A DNA stretch of 64,000 bases from Parcubacteria group bacterium GW2011_GWC1_36_108 (GTDB lineage: Bacteria > Patescibacteriota > Minisyncoccia > Moranbacterales > GWC2-37-73). The notes beneath the pieces were generated by a model that saw nothing but the letters and a program-made list of their open reading frames with translations, made no database searches and was not told the DNA's origin. Position numbers and translations under genes: made by a program. Positions 36,628 through 46,484 of this stretch are shown here, in pieces (positions within the stretch are counted from its first letter, which is position 1; every line of letters begins with the position of its first letter). The stretch lies in NCBI GenBank assembly GCA_000991245.1, contig LBRD01000003.1:6734-70733 (forward strand), given 5' to 3'.

Positions 36628-37437
36628 ATGGAACTTTCTATAATCGTAACAAGTTATCGCAATCCCGAACTCCTACGAGTTTGCTTGGATTCAATCAGAA
36701 AATGCGTCACTGGGATCGCGTATGAGTTAATTGTGGCTGATAGTGCAACCCAGGAGGATATGGAGATGATGATGCGTGAAGATTATGCTGATGTTAAGTT
36801 TTTTTCTTTTGAAAAGAACGTTGGATTTCAAGCTTTGGTAAAAATAGGACTTGATAATTCTGTGGGCAAATATATATTAATGCTTAATGGGGATATTCTT
36901 GTTACGCCAGATTCTGTGACCAAGATGTTAGAATTTTTGAAAACGGATGCTTCAATTGGAATGGTTGGTCCAAAGCTGCTTAATTTTAATGGCACACTTC
37001 AACCTTCCTGTTTTCGTTTTTATAAGCCGATTACAATTGTTTATCGCAGAACATTTTTAAGCAAATTTTCTTTTGCAAAAAAACATTTGGATTGGTTTTT
37101 GATGAAAGACTATGATCACAGTGAGCCAAAGGAAGTTGATTGGATTATGGGAAGTGCGGTTATGATTTCAAGATCTGCTTTGGAAAAAGTAGGGATTATG
37201 GATCCTCGATATTTTATGTATATGGAAGATGTTGATTGGTGTCGCAGGTTTTGGGAGAATGGCTTTAAGGTGATATATTTTCCATTGGTTAGTATGCATC
37301 ATTATCACGGCAAAGGAAGTGCCAAGGGTGGCGTGATAAGATCACTATTGTTTAACAAATATACCTGGATTCATATTGCAAGTGGAATTAAATATTTCAA
37401 AAAGTTTTTAGGAAAACCGCTCCCAATTCATAATTAA
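36628..37437 (+). CDS. GT2 glycosyltransferase
   Basis: LSIIVTSYRN N-terminus, and a NGD...ED(V)DWC pattern. Confidence 0.8.
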   Translation: MELSIIVTSYRNPELLRVCLDSIRKCVTGIAYELIVADSATQEDMEMMMREDYADVKFFSFEKNVGFQALVKIGLDNSVGKYILMLNGDILVTPDSVTKMLEFLKTDASIGMVGPKLLNFNGTLQPSCFRFYKPITIVYRRTFLSKFSFAKKHLDWFLMKDYDHSEPKEVDWIMGSAVMISRSALEKVGIMDPRYFMYMEDVDWCRRFWENGFKVIYFPLVSMHHYHGKGSAKGGVIRSLLFNKYTWIHIASGIKYFKKFLGKPLPIHN

Positions 37438-37442
37438 TAGGA

Positions 37443-37575
37443 TTAGGACTTACGCATTTTCTCAACGATTTCTTTTTTGGCACGTTTTTGACCCAAGACT
37501 ATGGTTAAAAACTCAAAGAATTGCTGTCGCAATAATTGGCTAAAAAAGAAATGTTTCGAAATGCGTAACCTCTAA
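37443..37575 (+). mobile_element. TIR element D, full copy (133 bp)
   Basis: TTAGGACTTACGCATTT...AAATGCGTAACCTCTAA termini. About 85% identical to 49102-49238. Confidence 0.8.
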
Positions 37576-37594
37576 GTATTACAAAATTAATAAT

Positions 37595-38881
37595 ATGTCA
37601 GATTTTCAGCAGTCGAAAGATTTTCCGGAAGAATTTCAACTTTATAAAAAAAGAATGTTGAAATATTTCGTCCAAATATTTGCAATTATCTTGTTGGGCG
37701 GGGGAGTATTCTGGATGGGTTTTGAAAATGGAAAGAATAGTGGGCAATTAGAAGCTCCAATTTCAATTGAAGGTGCAATGTTTAAAAATAAAGATCAAGG
37801 TGCTGATGGCGCCATCGATTTTTCTTTGTTTTGGAGCGTCTGGGACTTGCTCAAGAGCAAATATGTTGATGCGGGAAGTTTGGATGCGAAAAAGCTATAC
37901 TACGGAGCTATAAAGGGTATGCTTGCAGCCACGGGAGATCCGTATACAACATTTCTTGATCCTATTGAAAATCAAAAATTTGGCGAGGATATTTCCGGAA
38001 ATTTCGAAGGAATTGGAGCTGAACTTGGAATAAAGAGTGGAATCCTTACGGTTATTGCACCACTTCAGGGAACACCAGCGGAAAAAGCGGGGATTCGCAG
38101 TGGTGACAAGATAATAAAAATTGATGGCAAATCTTCTGGCGATATGACAATTGAAGAAGCTGTCGATCATATTCGTGGGAAAAAGGGAACCAGTGTGGTG
38201 CTAACTGTTTATCGAGAAGGAAATGCTGATGCGCAGGATATTACCGTGCAAAGAGGTATAATCAATGTTAAGAGTGTGACTTTTGAGGTTAAAGAAAATA
38301 ATATTGCCTATATAAAAATTACGCGTTTTGGAGATGACACGAACAAGCTTTTTGCAGAAGCTATTAAAAAAGTTTCTACTGCAAAAAATCAGGGACTTGT
38401 GATTGATTTGCGGAATAATCCTGGTGGATATCTTGAAACATCAATAGATGTTGCCAGCAAATTATTGCCAAAAGGTAAAATCGTGGTTATTGAAGAGAGT
38501 GGCAACAAGAGTCAAAAGAAAATGTATACCCGAGGAGGTGATGTGGCCAGCGAGATTGAAACTGTGGTGCTTATCAACGAGGGAAGTGCTAGTGCCTCAG
38601 AAATTTTGGCAGGAGCGCTTAAAAATAATCGCAGCAATATAACCTTGGTTGGAAAAAAATCATTTGGCAAAGGATCGGTGCAGGAATTTATTGAAATGCC
38701 ACAAGGCACAGCTGCCAAAATAACAGTTGCGCGTTGGCTCACACCTGATGGCACGCAAATCAATGAGCAAGGCATCAAACCTGACAATGAAGTTGAGTTT
38801 AGTGACGAAGACTATGAAAATAATCGCGATCCTCAATTGGATGAAGCATTGAAGATATTGAAAGAAAAACTTTCTTTATAA
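37595..38881 (+). CDS. S41 C-terminal processing peptidase with PDZ domain
   Basis: GIRSGDKIIKIDG (PDZ), GSASASEILAGAL, FGKGSVQ. Confidence 0.85.
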   Translation: MSDFQQSKDFPEEFQLYKKRMLKYFVQIFAIILLGGGVFWMGFENGKNSGQLEAPISIEGAMFKNKDQGADGAIDFSLFWSVWDLLKSKYVDAGSLDAKKLYYGAIKGMLAATGDPYTTFLDPIENQKFGEDISGNFEGIGAELGIKSGILTVIAPLQGTPAEKAGIRSGDKIIKIDGKSSGDMTIEEAVDHIRGKKGTSVVLTVYREGNADAQDITVQRGIINVKSVTFEVKENNIAYIKITRFGDDTNKLFAEAIKKVSTAKNQGLVIDLRNNPGGYLETSIDVASKLLPKGKIVVIEESGNKSQKKMYTRGGDVASEIETVVLINEGSASASEILAGALKNNRSNITLVGKKSFGKGSVQEFIEMPQGTAAKITVARWLTPDGTQINEQGIKPDNEVEFSDEDYENNRDPQLDEALKILKEKLSL

Positions 38882-38906
38882 ATAAGTTACTTGTTTTGTA
38901 AGAGAT

Positions 38907-38934
38907 AAAAACACTCAGTTTCAACTGAGTGTTT
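38907..38934 (+). terminator. rho-independent terminator
   Basis: AAAACACTCAGT-ttca-ACTGAGTGTTTT. Confidence 0.7.
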
Positions 38935-38987
38935 TGCGTTTCAAACTCATTTCCACATTTCTTTTTCCCGTAAGCGGAATATAAATA

Positions 38988-39821
38988 CTATTTTACTAGT
39001 GGGAATCCTTTGTCTTTCCAGCCGGTCATCGCTGTGCGCATTACGTAGGGAGAAACAAGTAGCATATCATACATTTGAACCGAAGCTTGAAATTCCTGCA
39101 GTTCATTTAAGCCGACCACGATAACCTTTTTTTCTGTGATTTCGTTACGTCTTTTTTCAAGTTCTTCGAATGGAATGTTTTTTGCTTCTGCTATATGACC
39201 CTCGGCAAATTGCTCTTTGGAGCGAACGTCTATAATATAGATAGGAACTTTTTGCGTTATTGCATCATTGAGCTCAGCTGGATCAAGATATAAAACCTTT
39301 GCTTGATCCACAAATGATTTTGGATCGCCATAAGTAACAGTTGCTCCGATAATTTGAGTCCAAGAAGACATTCCTCCAGCCAGAACAATAATATTTTTGC
39401 AATCTTCTTCCTTAAGTTTTTCCAGTGCTGTGGAGATGTTTTTATCGGCGCTGTCACTTCCGATGACAACAATAAGATTTTTGGTGTTTATTTTTTCTTT
39501 TACTGGAAATTCATCAAGCGGAATGTTGATTGCGTCCACAATGTGTTCTTGAATGTATTCATTAAAAGGTCTGATGTCCAGCAAAGTAAATTCTTCTTTT
39601 GTTCCAATGCCTAGAATTTTTTTGTTAAGATCTTTTGCGCCGATTGTTTCATACGGCAGTGATGTTGAAAGCTGCGAATTTAAGTTGCTTTGCTTGGAGT
39701 CGGAATTATCTTTTTTTGTAAAATCAGAATTGCGAAGCAGTGTAAAAACAATAACAAAAAGAATCAAACCAAAACCAAGACCGATAATCATTTTTTCTTT
39801 TTTGTCTTTTTCTATTTCCAT
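38988..39821 (-). CDS. membrane-anchored tandem rhodanese-like domain protein (no obvious catalytic Cys)
   Basis: N-terminal TM segment, then two rhodanese-like repeats (LLDIRPFNEY..., IIDVRSKEQF...). Confidence 0.6.
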   Translation of the reverse strand: MEIEKDKKEKMIIGLGFGLILFVIVFTLLRNSDFTKKDNSDSKQSNLNSQLSTSLPYETIGAKDLNKKILGIGTKEEFTLLDIRPFNEYIQEHIVDAINIPLDEFPVKEKINTKNLIVVIGSDSADKNISTALEKLKEEDCKNIIVLAGGMSSWTQIIGATVTYGDPKSFVDQAKVLYLDPAELNDAITQKVPIYIIDVRSKEQFAEGHIAEAKNIPFEELEKRRNEITEKKVIVVGLNELQEFQASVQMYDMLLVSPYVMRTAMTGWKDKGFPLVK

Positions 39822-39857
39822 ATTTACTTGTGATTATATTCAATTTATAATATTGAA

Positions 39858-40820
39858 TTATTGCAAAATACTGCCGATAAAATTTGGATAACCGTTGATA
39901 AATTCTTTTATGGTTGCAGTTTTTTTGCCTTCTTTTTGAATTTCCTTGAGAATGACGATGCCTTCTTCGGTTTGAATTCCAATATCATCTCCCAATTCGA
40001 AAATCTCGCCAACCTGATGTTTTTCGATCGGATTAATTTTTTGTAGCTCGATGGAAATTAATTTCAGCCTGATGTTTTCCGCAGAGTTTTTCCAAAAAGT
40101 GAAAATGCCCGGCCAAGGAGTGAGGGCGCGATATTTGTTGAAGATATCCTGAGCACTGTCTGTCCAAAATATTCTACCATCTTCGCGTTCAATCAATTGG
40201 CAAAGCGTTGCCTGGCTGTGATCTTGAGCAGTGGGCTGGATTTTGCGTTCAATCCAAAGAGGAATAGTTTTTAACAATAGCGCTGCGCCTATAAAAGACA
40301 ATTTTTCCATTAAAATTGCAGTTGTGTCGTTTTGCTGGATGGTTACTTTTTCCTGAGTCAAAATATCTCCCGTATCAACACCTTCATCCATCAGCATTAT
40401 GGTCACGCCAGTCTCTGTTTCACCTGAAAGCAAAGCATTTTGGATAGGAGATGGACCGCGATATTTTGGCAAGAGCGAAACGTGCACATTGATGCAACCA
40501 AAACCTGGGATTTCCAAGGCTTCCTTGGGGATTATTTTTCCATATGCCGCTACGATAATAAGATCGGGTTTTAGTTTTTTCAATTCCTCAACTGCATCAG
40601 TTTTAAATTTGACAGGTTGAAAAACGGGGATGCTGCTTTGCTCAGCCAGTTGTTTTACCAAAGGTTTTTCAATTTCTTGTTTGCGTCCAACCTTGGTGTC
40701 AGGTTTCGTGAAAACCCCCACGATGTTATATTCATCGTCAATTAAGGCTCTGAGAACTTTTTCCGACAAATCGGAAGTTCCCATAAAAACAACCCGCAGT
40801 TTTATTTTTTTTGAATCCAT
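39858..40820 (-). CDS. fmt: methionyl-tRNA formyltransferase
   Basis: VVFMGTSD, INVHVSLLPKYRGPSPIQ. Confidence 0.9.
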   Translation of the reverse strand: MDSKKIKLRVVFMGTSDLSEKVLRALIDDEYNIVGVFTKPDTKVGRKQEIEKPLVKQLAEQSSIPVFQPVKFKTDAVEELKKLKPDLIIVAAYGKIIPKEALEIPGFGCINVHVSLLPKYRGPSPIQNALLSGETETGVTIMLMDEGVDTGDILTQEKVTIQQNDTTAILMEKLSFIGAALLLKTIPLWIERKIQPTAQDHSQATLCQLIEREDGRIFWTDSAQDIFNKYRALTPWPGIFTFWKNSAENIRLKLISIELQKINPIEKHQVGEIFELGDDIGIQTEEGIVILKEIQKEGKKTATIKEFINGYPNFIGSILQ

Positions 40821-40848
40821 TTTATTTTTTATAAAAATATTTTCACAT

Positions 40849-40930
40849 TGTCATTCCCGTGAAAACGGGAATCCAGGACTGAGTCTGACTGAAGAGCTAA
40901 ACTGGATCCTGAAACAAGTTCAGGATGACA
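40849..40930. mobile_element. MITE-like hairpin element, family A copy 4
   Basis: TGTCATTCCCGTGAAAACGGGAATCCAGG...GGATCCTGAAACAAGTTCAGGATGACA. Confidence 0.75.
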
Positions 40931-40940
40931 AACAATTAAT

Positions 40941-41429
40941 TTATTTTTTATTTTTAACATCATTCGGTTTAATTTTAGGTTGACGTGTTTTTTTCACTCT
41001 ATCAATAATGAGCATACCATCAAGATGATCAAGTTCGTGCTGAATGGCTCTGGCCAGTAAATCGCGACCCTTGAGCTTGCTTGCCTTGCCGTTTTCGTCA
41101 ATATATCTAACTTGCACTTCCTTGTAACGAGAAATCGGAAAAAATTTCCCCGGGAAACTAAGACAACCTTCTTCAGAAACAACCTTAATTTTTGATTTGG
41201 CGGTGATTTGGGGATTAATGAGGACATATTGAACACCTTCCGTTTCAATCACGCACACGCGCAAATTTGAGCCAACCTGCGTCGCTGCCAAGCCAACACC
41301 ATTATTGGCATACATCGTTTCAATCATATTTAAAACAAGCTCCTGCACATCTTTAGCAAGAGGATCTTTAATTTTCACCGTTTTCACCCGCAAAAGGGGA
41401 TTGGGATCTTTTAGGATTTTTAACTTCAT
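40941..41429 (-). CDS. def: peptide deformylase
   Basis: GVGLAATQV, EGCLSFP, HELDHL. Confidence 0.9.
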   Translation of the reverse strand: MKLKILKDPNPLLRVKTVKIKDPLAKDVQELVLNMIETMYANNGVGLAATQVGSNLRVCVIETEGVQYVLINPQITAKSKIKVVSEEGCLSFPGKFFPISRYKEVQVRYIDENGKASKLKGRDLLARAIQHELDHLDGMLIIDRVKKTRQPKIKPNDVKNKK

Positions 41430-41444
41430 ATTTATAGCTAGTGT

Positions 41445-42263
41445 TTAAAATGGGCTTTTGATGTTTCTAAGCATTGGATTAGTTACTTTCGTGTATATCT
41501 GTGTTGTTCTTATATTAGCATGTCCAAGCAATTCTTGTACATATCGCACATCAACCCCATTTTCAAGCAGATGAGTGGCAAAAGAATGTCTAAGTGAGTG
41601 AAAAGTGGCTTCTTTTTGAACCTCAGCTTTTTGCAGAGCATTTTCAAAAACTTTTTGTGCGCTACGCTCATCTAATTTTCCTCCGCGATTACTGGCAAAA
41701 ACATAATCATTTAAATCTCTAAGCGCAATCATATTAAGCAATTGTGGTTTCAATTTTTCTGAAATTACACTTATTCTATCCTTGTTTCCTTTAGCTCCTT
41801 TTATATGAATTGTTAATTCGTCTAAATTGATGTCTTTAATCTTTAAATTTATTGCTTCACTGACGCGAAAACCTGCGCCATAGGAAAGGGAAATGAGCAG
41901 CTTATGTTTCGGATTGCTTATGGAATCAATCATTCTTCCAATCTCATCCCTAGAAAGTACTACGGGCAATTTGCTGGCAGTTTTGGCAAATTTGATATCA
42001 ATTTCAATATTATTTTTAAAAACTTCTCTATAAAAGTATTTAATAGCTTGAAGATGCACATTCATCGTCTGTGAGGATTGTCCACGAGCTTGTTTTTCTA
42101 ATAAATATTTCTTAATTACTTCAATTTCCGGTTCGCGCTTAATAATTTTAATGTATTTGAAATATTCATTCAGACAAGACAAATAACTCTCAATTGTCCT
42201 TGGACTGTAATTTCGAAGTTTCAGTTCGTTTTTGATTTTTTCCAGCAACTCTTGGAGATTCAT
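41445..42263 (-). CDS. tyrosine site-specific recombinase (Xer/IntI-like, 272 aa)
   Basis: YSPRTIESY N-terminal SAM-like domain; KLPVVLSRDE; catalytic R (GFRVSE), K (KGNKDR), HSLRHSFATHL and LGHANIRTTQIYTKV (Tyr). There is no long insertion between the K and HxxR regions. Confidence 0.85.
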   Translation of the reverse strand: MNLQELLEKIKNELKLRNYSPRTIESYLSCLNEYFKYIKIIKREPEIEVIKKYLLEKQARGQSSQTMNVHLQAIKYFYREVFKNNIEIDIKFAKTASKLPVVLSRDEIGRMIDSISNPKHKLLISLSYGAGFRVSEAINLKIKDINLDELTIHIKGAKGNKDRISVISEKLKPQLLNMIALRDLNDYVFASNRGGKLDERSAQKVFENALQKAEVQKEATFHSLRHSFATHLLENGVDVRYVQELLGHANIRTTQIYTKVTNPMLRNIKSPF

Positions 42264-42321
42264 AAAAAATATGCTATATTTTATTCATAAATCAGTGATG
42301 GTTGTATTATACTAAAAGTTC

Positions 42322-42384
42322 GCATAACCTGCAACTTTCAACATACTATCAAACACTAAGTTCGTATATAAAGGAGTTATGTGC
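42322..42384 (+). other. attI-like region: GCATAAC (42322-42328) ... GTTATGTGC (42376-42384)
   Basis: Inverted AAC/GTT boxes 113 bp or less from the recombinase start. 42376 is where similarity to the right end of cassette 1 begins. Confidence 0.4.
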
Positions 42385-42489
42385 AATAGCCAGAAATACC
42401 CCATTATCTTTTAGAATTTTTTTTGGCGAAATGCAGGGTCGAATAACTCAAGGTAAAATTAATATTAATTAAATTAAACAACAAACATT

Positions 42490-43110
42490 ATGAAAGAAAT
42501 GTATCAACCATCGCAAGCTGAAATAAAAAAAGCAGAAGATGTCATGACTGAAGAACAAAAACTTGAGAGCATGACGAGAGAAAATGCTGTTCACGCAGGG
42601 GAAGCATCTTTCAGTGATTATGATGAAACAAAAAAAATTAACCCAGAAAAAACCCATAAAATTGAGATAGAACTGCAAGCCACAATTTATAAGGAATTCA
42701 ATGATCGAGTTAAAGAATTAGTTAAATCATATACAGAAAGCCTATCTGCCCTAAAAAGAGAAGCTAACTATGAAGACGACGAGCAGCTTGATGAGATAGA
42801 TAAAAAAATAAATGAATTAACAAAAAAATTATTTGAAGACTTTGGAGAACAGTATATGCGCTTAAGCAAGGTTGTAATAGACACCACAATAACAATATCA
42901 GATTTTGTAATTCATAAAAAAGACATGTTATTACAGCAAGAAGAAGATCAACAAAAAAGACAGGAGTTAGAAGCCAGCATACTTAAAAGCGAAAATGCAA
43001 AAATACAAAGAGCGGAAGCTGTCATAGCAAATCTTGAAAAATATATAAACGATGTTAAAAACAATTTTGAAAAAGGTGCTGAAGAATTAATGAAAGAAAT
43101 AAAGAAATAA
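42490..43110 (+). CDS. cassette 1 ORF: acidic coiled-coil protein, unknown function
   Basis: 206 aa, E/K-rich. Bracketed by inverted repeats 42376-42430 and 43117-43175. Confidence 0.6.
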   Translation: MKEMYQPSQAEIKKAEDVMTEEQKLESMTRENAVHAGEASFSDYDETKKINPEKTHKIEIELQATIYKEFNDRVKELVKSYTESLSALKREANYEDDEQLDEIDKKINELTKKLFEDFGEQYMRLSKVVIDTTITISDFVIHKKDMLLQQEEDQQKRQELEASILKSENAKIQRAEAVIANLEKYINDVKNNFEKGAEELMKEIKK

Positions 43111-43166
43111 GAAAAATTCGCCAAAAAAAATTAAACACAAATAAGGAATGGGTATTTCTAGCTACA

Positions 43167-43364
43167 GCACATAACAGCCCATATCTGGCTACAGGAAATT
43201 GACGCTAGTAAAAACAATATTGAGTGTCAATTTCCCTCCGCCCAAATTTTCATCCCTTGGTTTGATGAAGGTTTAGGCGGAGTGCATTAAAAAAAATATC
43301 AGCCTGTAATTAAAGTTTATCCTGCTAAACGGGATGAAAACTTCAGATATGGGCGACGTTGTGC
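43167..43364 (+). other. attC-like folded site 1
   Basis: GCACATAAC, then CCCATATCTG pairing with CAGATATGGG; hairpin GGAAATTGAC/GTCAATTTCC; CCCAAATT; GTTGTGC. Confidence 0.55.
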
Positions 43365-43527
43365 GAAATAAATTTTTTATCTATACTAATATTAGCGTTT
43401 AGTGATGCTAGTAAGGACAGAAAATTTGATTTTTTAATTATTTTAAGAGGGGTAATATGTGTTTTTCTGCTCTTTGGGGAGCAGAAAAAATTAATTCATT
43501 TGTAATTTATTTTTAAGCAATAAAACT

Positions 43528-44430
43528 ATGAGCATGGAACAACCAAAATTTAATCCACACAATCCTGAATATAAAAAAGTTGAGGATTTACCAAAAGAAG
43601 AACAAGTAAATTATTCTGACGTTGAAGGTGGTTTTGTTCAAAAAGAAGCAGCTGAGTTTTATAAAATAGCGCAGGACATTGAAAGAATTACAGAGCGCGA
43701 AAGTGGCTCAATGAGTGCTGACAAATTCATGATGCTTCTCGCGCAAGATGAGGACACGAAAAGAGAATGGGATGCGCTTACTGGAAAACAAAAGCTCAAT
43801 GTTCTCATGGGAAATCCTAAAAAAGAGGACATGGATTTATCGACTTGGAACACGAATAGGTCTGCGATAGAGAAAACTCTTGAAGAACATCCTGAACTTA
43901 GAGATAACAAGAAGCTTATGCTTAAATTGATTATTTCAGGTACCAGTCAGGCACCAGGGCTTGCTTCTGAAAAAGTGCGTAATGATAAGGGTTACGCTTT
44001 GGAGGCGGTAAAACGAAACGGAATGGCTCTCGGGTATCTTCCAGAGGAGATGCAAGACGATGAAGATGTTGTTATGGCAGCAGTTACTACGCGTGGATTA
44101 GCTCTTAGAGAGGCTTCTCCACGATTGCAGAACAATAGAGAAATTGTTGCTGCAGCAATCACCTCAGAGGATGGAGACTTTGGAGACATAATATATGCCT
44201 CCTCAGATGAGGTAATTGAAAGTTTATTGGATGAAAATAACCCAGCCAATAAGGATATTCTTTTAAAAGCGATGAATAACAAGCATGTCAATGATAATTA
44301 TAAAAGAATTGCCAGCTATAATCCAAATCATCCAGACTACCAGGGTGGGCAGTACGATGAAGTTTTCAAGAGATATGAGCATCTGCACATGCGTGAGAAA
44401 ATAGAGAAAATATTGGGAGAGAATTTATAA
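43528..44430 (+). CDS. cassette 2 ORF: DUF4116-type repeat protein
   Basis: Repeats of the form AVKRNGMALGYLPEEMQDDEDVVMAAVTTRGLALREASPRLQNNREIVAAAI. No SD. Confidence 0.6.
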   Translation: MSMEQPKFNPHNPEYKKVEDLPKEEQVNYSDVEGGFVQKEAAEFYKIAQDIERITERESGSMSADKFMMLLAQDEDTKREWDALTGKQKLNVLMGNPKKEDMDLSTWNTNRSAIEKTLEEHPELRDNKKLMLKLIISGTSQAPGLASEKVRNDKGYALEAVKRNGMALGYLPEEMQDDEDVVMAAVTTRGLALREASPRLQNNREIVAAAITSEDGDFGDIIYASSDEVIESLLDENNPANKDILLKAMNNKHVNDNYKRIASYNPNHPDYQGGQYDEVFKRYEHLHMREKIEKILGENL

Positions 44431-44455
44431 ATATCCAAAAAAATACCAATAAGGA

Positions 44456-44504
44456 GTCTTGAAAAAAGGAATTCACCCCTTACCCCTCTTCCTTTTTTCA
44501 AGAC
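44456..44504 (+). other. 15-bp perfect hairpin with conserved C-rich loop ATTCACCCCTTACCCCTCT
   Basis: GTCTTGAAAAAAGGA / TCCTTTTTTCAAGAC. The loop is complementary to AAGAGGGGTAA at 43445-43455 and 44782-44792. Confidence 0.7.
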
Positions 44505-44573
44505 AAAAATCAAATTTTCTTAGACGCAACACAACGTTTAGTTTAATAAAAAACGAGATAAAAAATTTACATC

Positions 44574-44700
44574 GCACAACAACTCATATCTGGCTCAAGA
44601 AATTGACACTTTAATGTTTCAGATGAAAGTCAATTTCTTTCGACCCAAATTTTTGTGCAATTACATTGCGCAAAAACTTCAGATATGAGTAACGTTAGCT
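44574..44700 (+). other. attC-like folded site 2
   Basis: GCACAAC, then ACTCATATCTG pairing with CAGATATGAGT; GAAATTGAC/GTCAATTTC; CCCAAATT; GTTAGCT. Confidence 0.55.
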
Positions 44701-44853
44701 GAAATATTTTTTTGTCTTTAGTAGTGATTTTTAGATTTGTGATTTAAATAGGGACAGAAAATTTGATTTTTAATTTATTTAAAGAGGGGTAATGGGATAT
44801 TTTTTTGCTCCTGGAATCGCAAAAAAAAGATTTATTTTATTTTTAAAAACAGT

Positions 44854-46431
44854 ATGGAAAAATATTCATTAGAAAATGCCCAGAGCGAAGCTACTGTTAT
44901 TAGAAATGATGCACAAGAGGCAAAACAAAAAAGAGTGCTAGAGGGCGAAAAAAGCGGTGAGCCAAATAGAGATGATTATGACAAAGCCGACAAAGCGATT
45001 GATAGCATTGGCATAAGTAATAGAAAAGAATTTGAGCAAAAACAAGCTGAGATACAAAATAAATATTCAACCGTATTGGAGGGGTCAAAAAATAGCGGTA
45101 ATCAAGAATCTGTAAAATTGCTTCAAGATAACATGAGTCAAGAACTATCTTTTATTGATAGCCAATCAAAGAAATTTAATAGTTTGGAATTTAAAAAGGG
45201 AGAGAAGGCGACGCGTGAATATATTAAAAAAAATAATCTTGATAAATTAGTAGAAGAATTCGGAATTGAGCCAATGAAAGAGGGTTGTCGTCTTTCATTG
45301 GTCATTCCAGCATGCAACGAGGGGCGTGATATTCAAAAAACATTACAATCCTTAGCAGAGCAGAAAGATGAAAATGGTGAAGGTATTAATCCTGATGAAT
45401 TTGAGGTTTTGATTACAGTCAATCAAAAAGAGCAATCAAGCGAGGAAATAAAAAAATCAAATCAACAAACACTTGAAGCAATAGAAGAATTCAAAAGGAA
45501 TAATCCATCTTTAAATATCCATGCTATTTTAAAAGAATTTACGGGCGAGCAAGGTGGTGTTGGTTGGGCAAGAAAATTAGGAAGTGATTTGGTACTTGCA
45601 AGAAGTTTTAGCAGAAATCAAGAATCTGAACGAGAACCGATGTATATTGCAGGAACTGACGCTGATACAATTGTTGGTGAGCAATATGTATCAGAAATTA
45701 TCAAGGCAGCAAATAAGTATGGCGATGCCGCCTATGGCGGTGGTGTTATTTTTGATGAGAATTGGGAAAAAGCATTGGGAAAAAATGCGTCCGACAAGCT
45801 CAGGGTATTCATGGAAGATATGCGTGGATTTCTATTAAAGGCATTAAATGGCGGTTTGCAAGGTGCAAACTTTGCCATACGCGAAGATATCTATGCTCGC
45901 ATGGAAGGAAGCTCAACAAAAGTACATAGCGAAGATGCGGAAAATGATGAACGATTACGAAGTTTGAAAAAAAATGTAACATTTTTAAATTCTGACCATA
46001 TCACTAGCTCTCGTAGGATGATTGGAGAATTCGAAAACTATATTGCTGGAATGCGAGGGCAAAAAATAGACTGGGAAACACGAAACAAGACTTATGGAAA
46101 GTCTGTCCCTACGGGAGAAAAAATTGACTTTACTGAATCCGAGCTTGATGAGGTAATTGCTTACCACAAATTACATAGATCAGATCTAATTATAGACAGT
46201 ATAACTTCGGAAAACGTAAATAATCCAGAGATGGTGCAATTGATTGGAGAAAAATATCATTCTGATTTTAAAGATTTAAAAACTGAAGAATTTAAGACAC
46301 TATTGAATGATAAAAATTTTAGAAAAAAATTACAAATTGAGATAGCATACAATATGTCTAAATTATTTGCATCGAAAATTTCATATACAGAAAAAGATAA
46401 ATTCATCATCGGAATTCCAGAAAAACAATAA
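44854..46431 (+). CDS. cassette 3 ORF: protein with central GT-A (GT2-like) glycosyltransferase fold
   Basis: LSLVIPACNEGRDIQKTLQSL and GTDADTIV (DxD-like). Coiled-coil N-terminus. No SD. Confidence 0.55.
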   Translation: MEKYSLENAQSEATVIRNDAQEAKQKRVLEGEKSGEPNRDDYDKADKAIDSIGISNRKEFEQKQAEIQNKYSTVLEGSKNSGNQESVKLLQDNMSQELSFIDSQSKKFNSLEFKKGEKATREYIKKNNLDKLVEEFGIEPMKEGCRLSLVIPACNEGRDIQKTLQSLAEQKDENGEGINPDEFEVLITVNQKEQSSEEIKKSNQQTLEAIEEFKRNNPSLNIHAILKEFTGEQGGVGWARKLGSDLVLARSFSRNQESEREPMYIAGTDADTIVGEQYVSEIIKAANKYGDAAYGGGVIFDENWEKALGKNASDKLRVFMEDMRGFLLKALNGGLQGANFAIREDIYARMEGSSTKVHSEDAENDERLRSLKKNVTFLNSDHITSSRRMIGEFENYIAGMRGQKIDWETRNKTYGKSVPTGEKIDFTESELDEVIAYHKLHRSDLIIDSITSENVNNPEMVQLIGEKYHSDFKDLKTEEFKTLLNDKNFRKKLQIEIAYNMSKLFASKISYTEKDKFIIGIPEKQ

Positions 46432-46434
46432 GGA

Positions 46435-46484
46435 GTTTTGTTTCAAAAAAATTCACCCCTACCCCTCTTTTTTTGAAACAAAAC
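46435..46484 (+). other. 17-bp perfect hairpin with conserved loop TTCACCCCTACCCCTC
   Basis: GTTTTGTTTCAAAAAAA / TTTTTTTGAAACAAAAC. The stem differs from 44456-44504 but the loop is conserved. Confidence 0.7.

Noticed and set aside
43457-44872. Upstream ORFs 43457..43516 and 44792..44872 considered as real genes
   Set aside because: They are only 19 and 26 aa with weak mutual similarity, and they lie in sequence constrained as inverted-repeat arms. I report them in a finding but do not call them as CDS.
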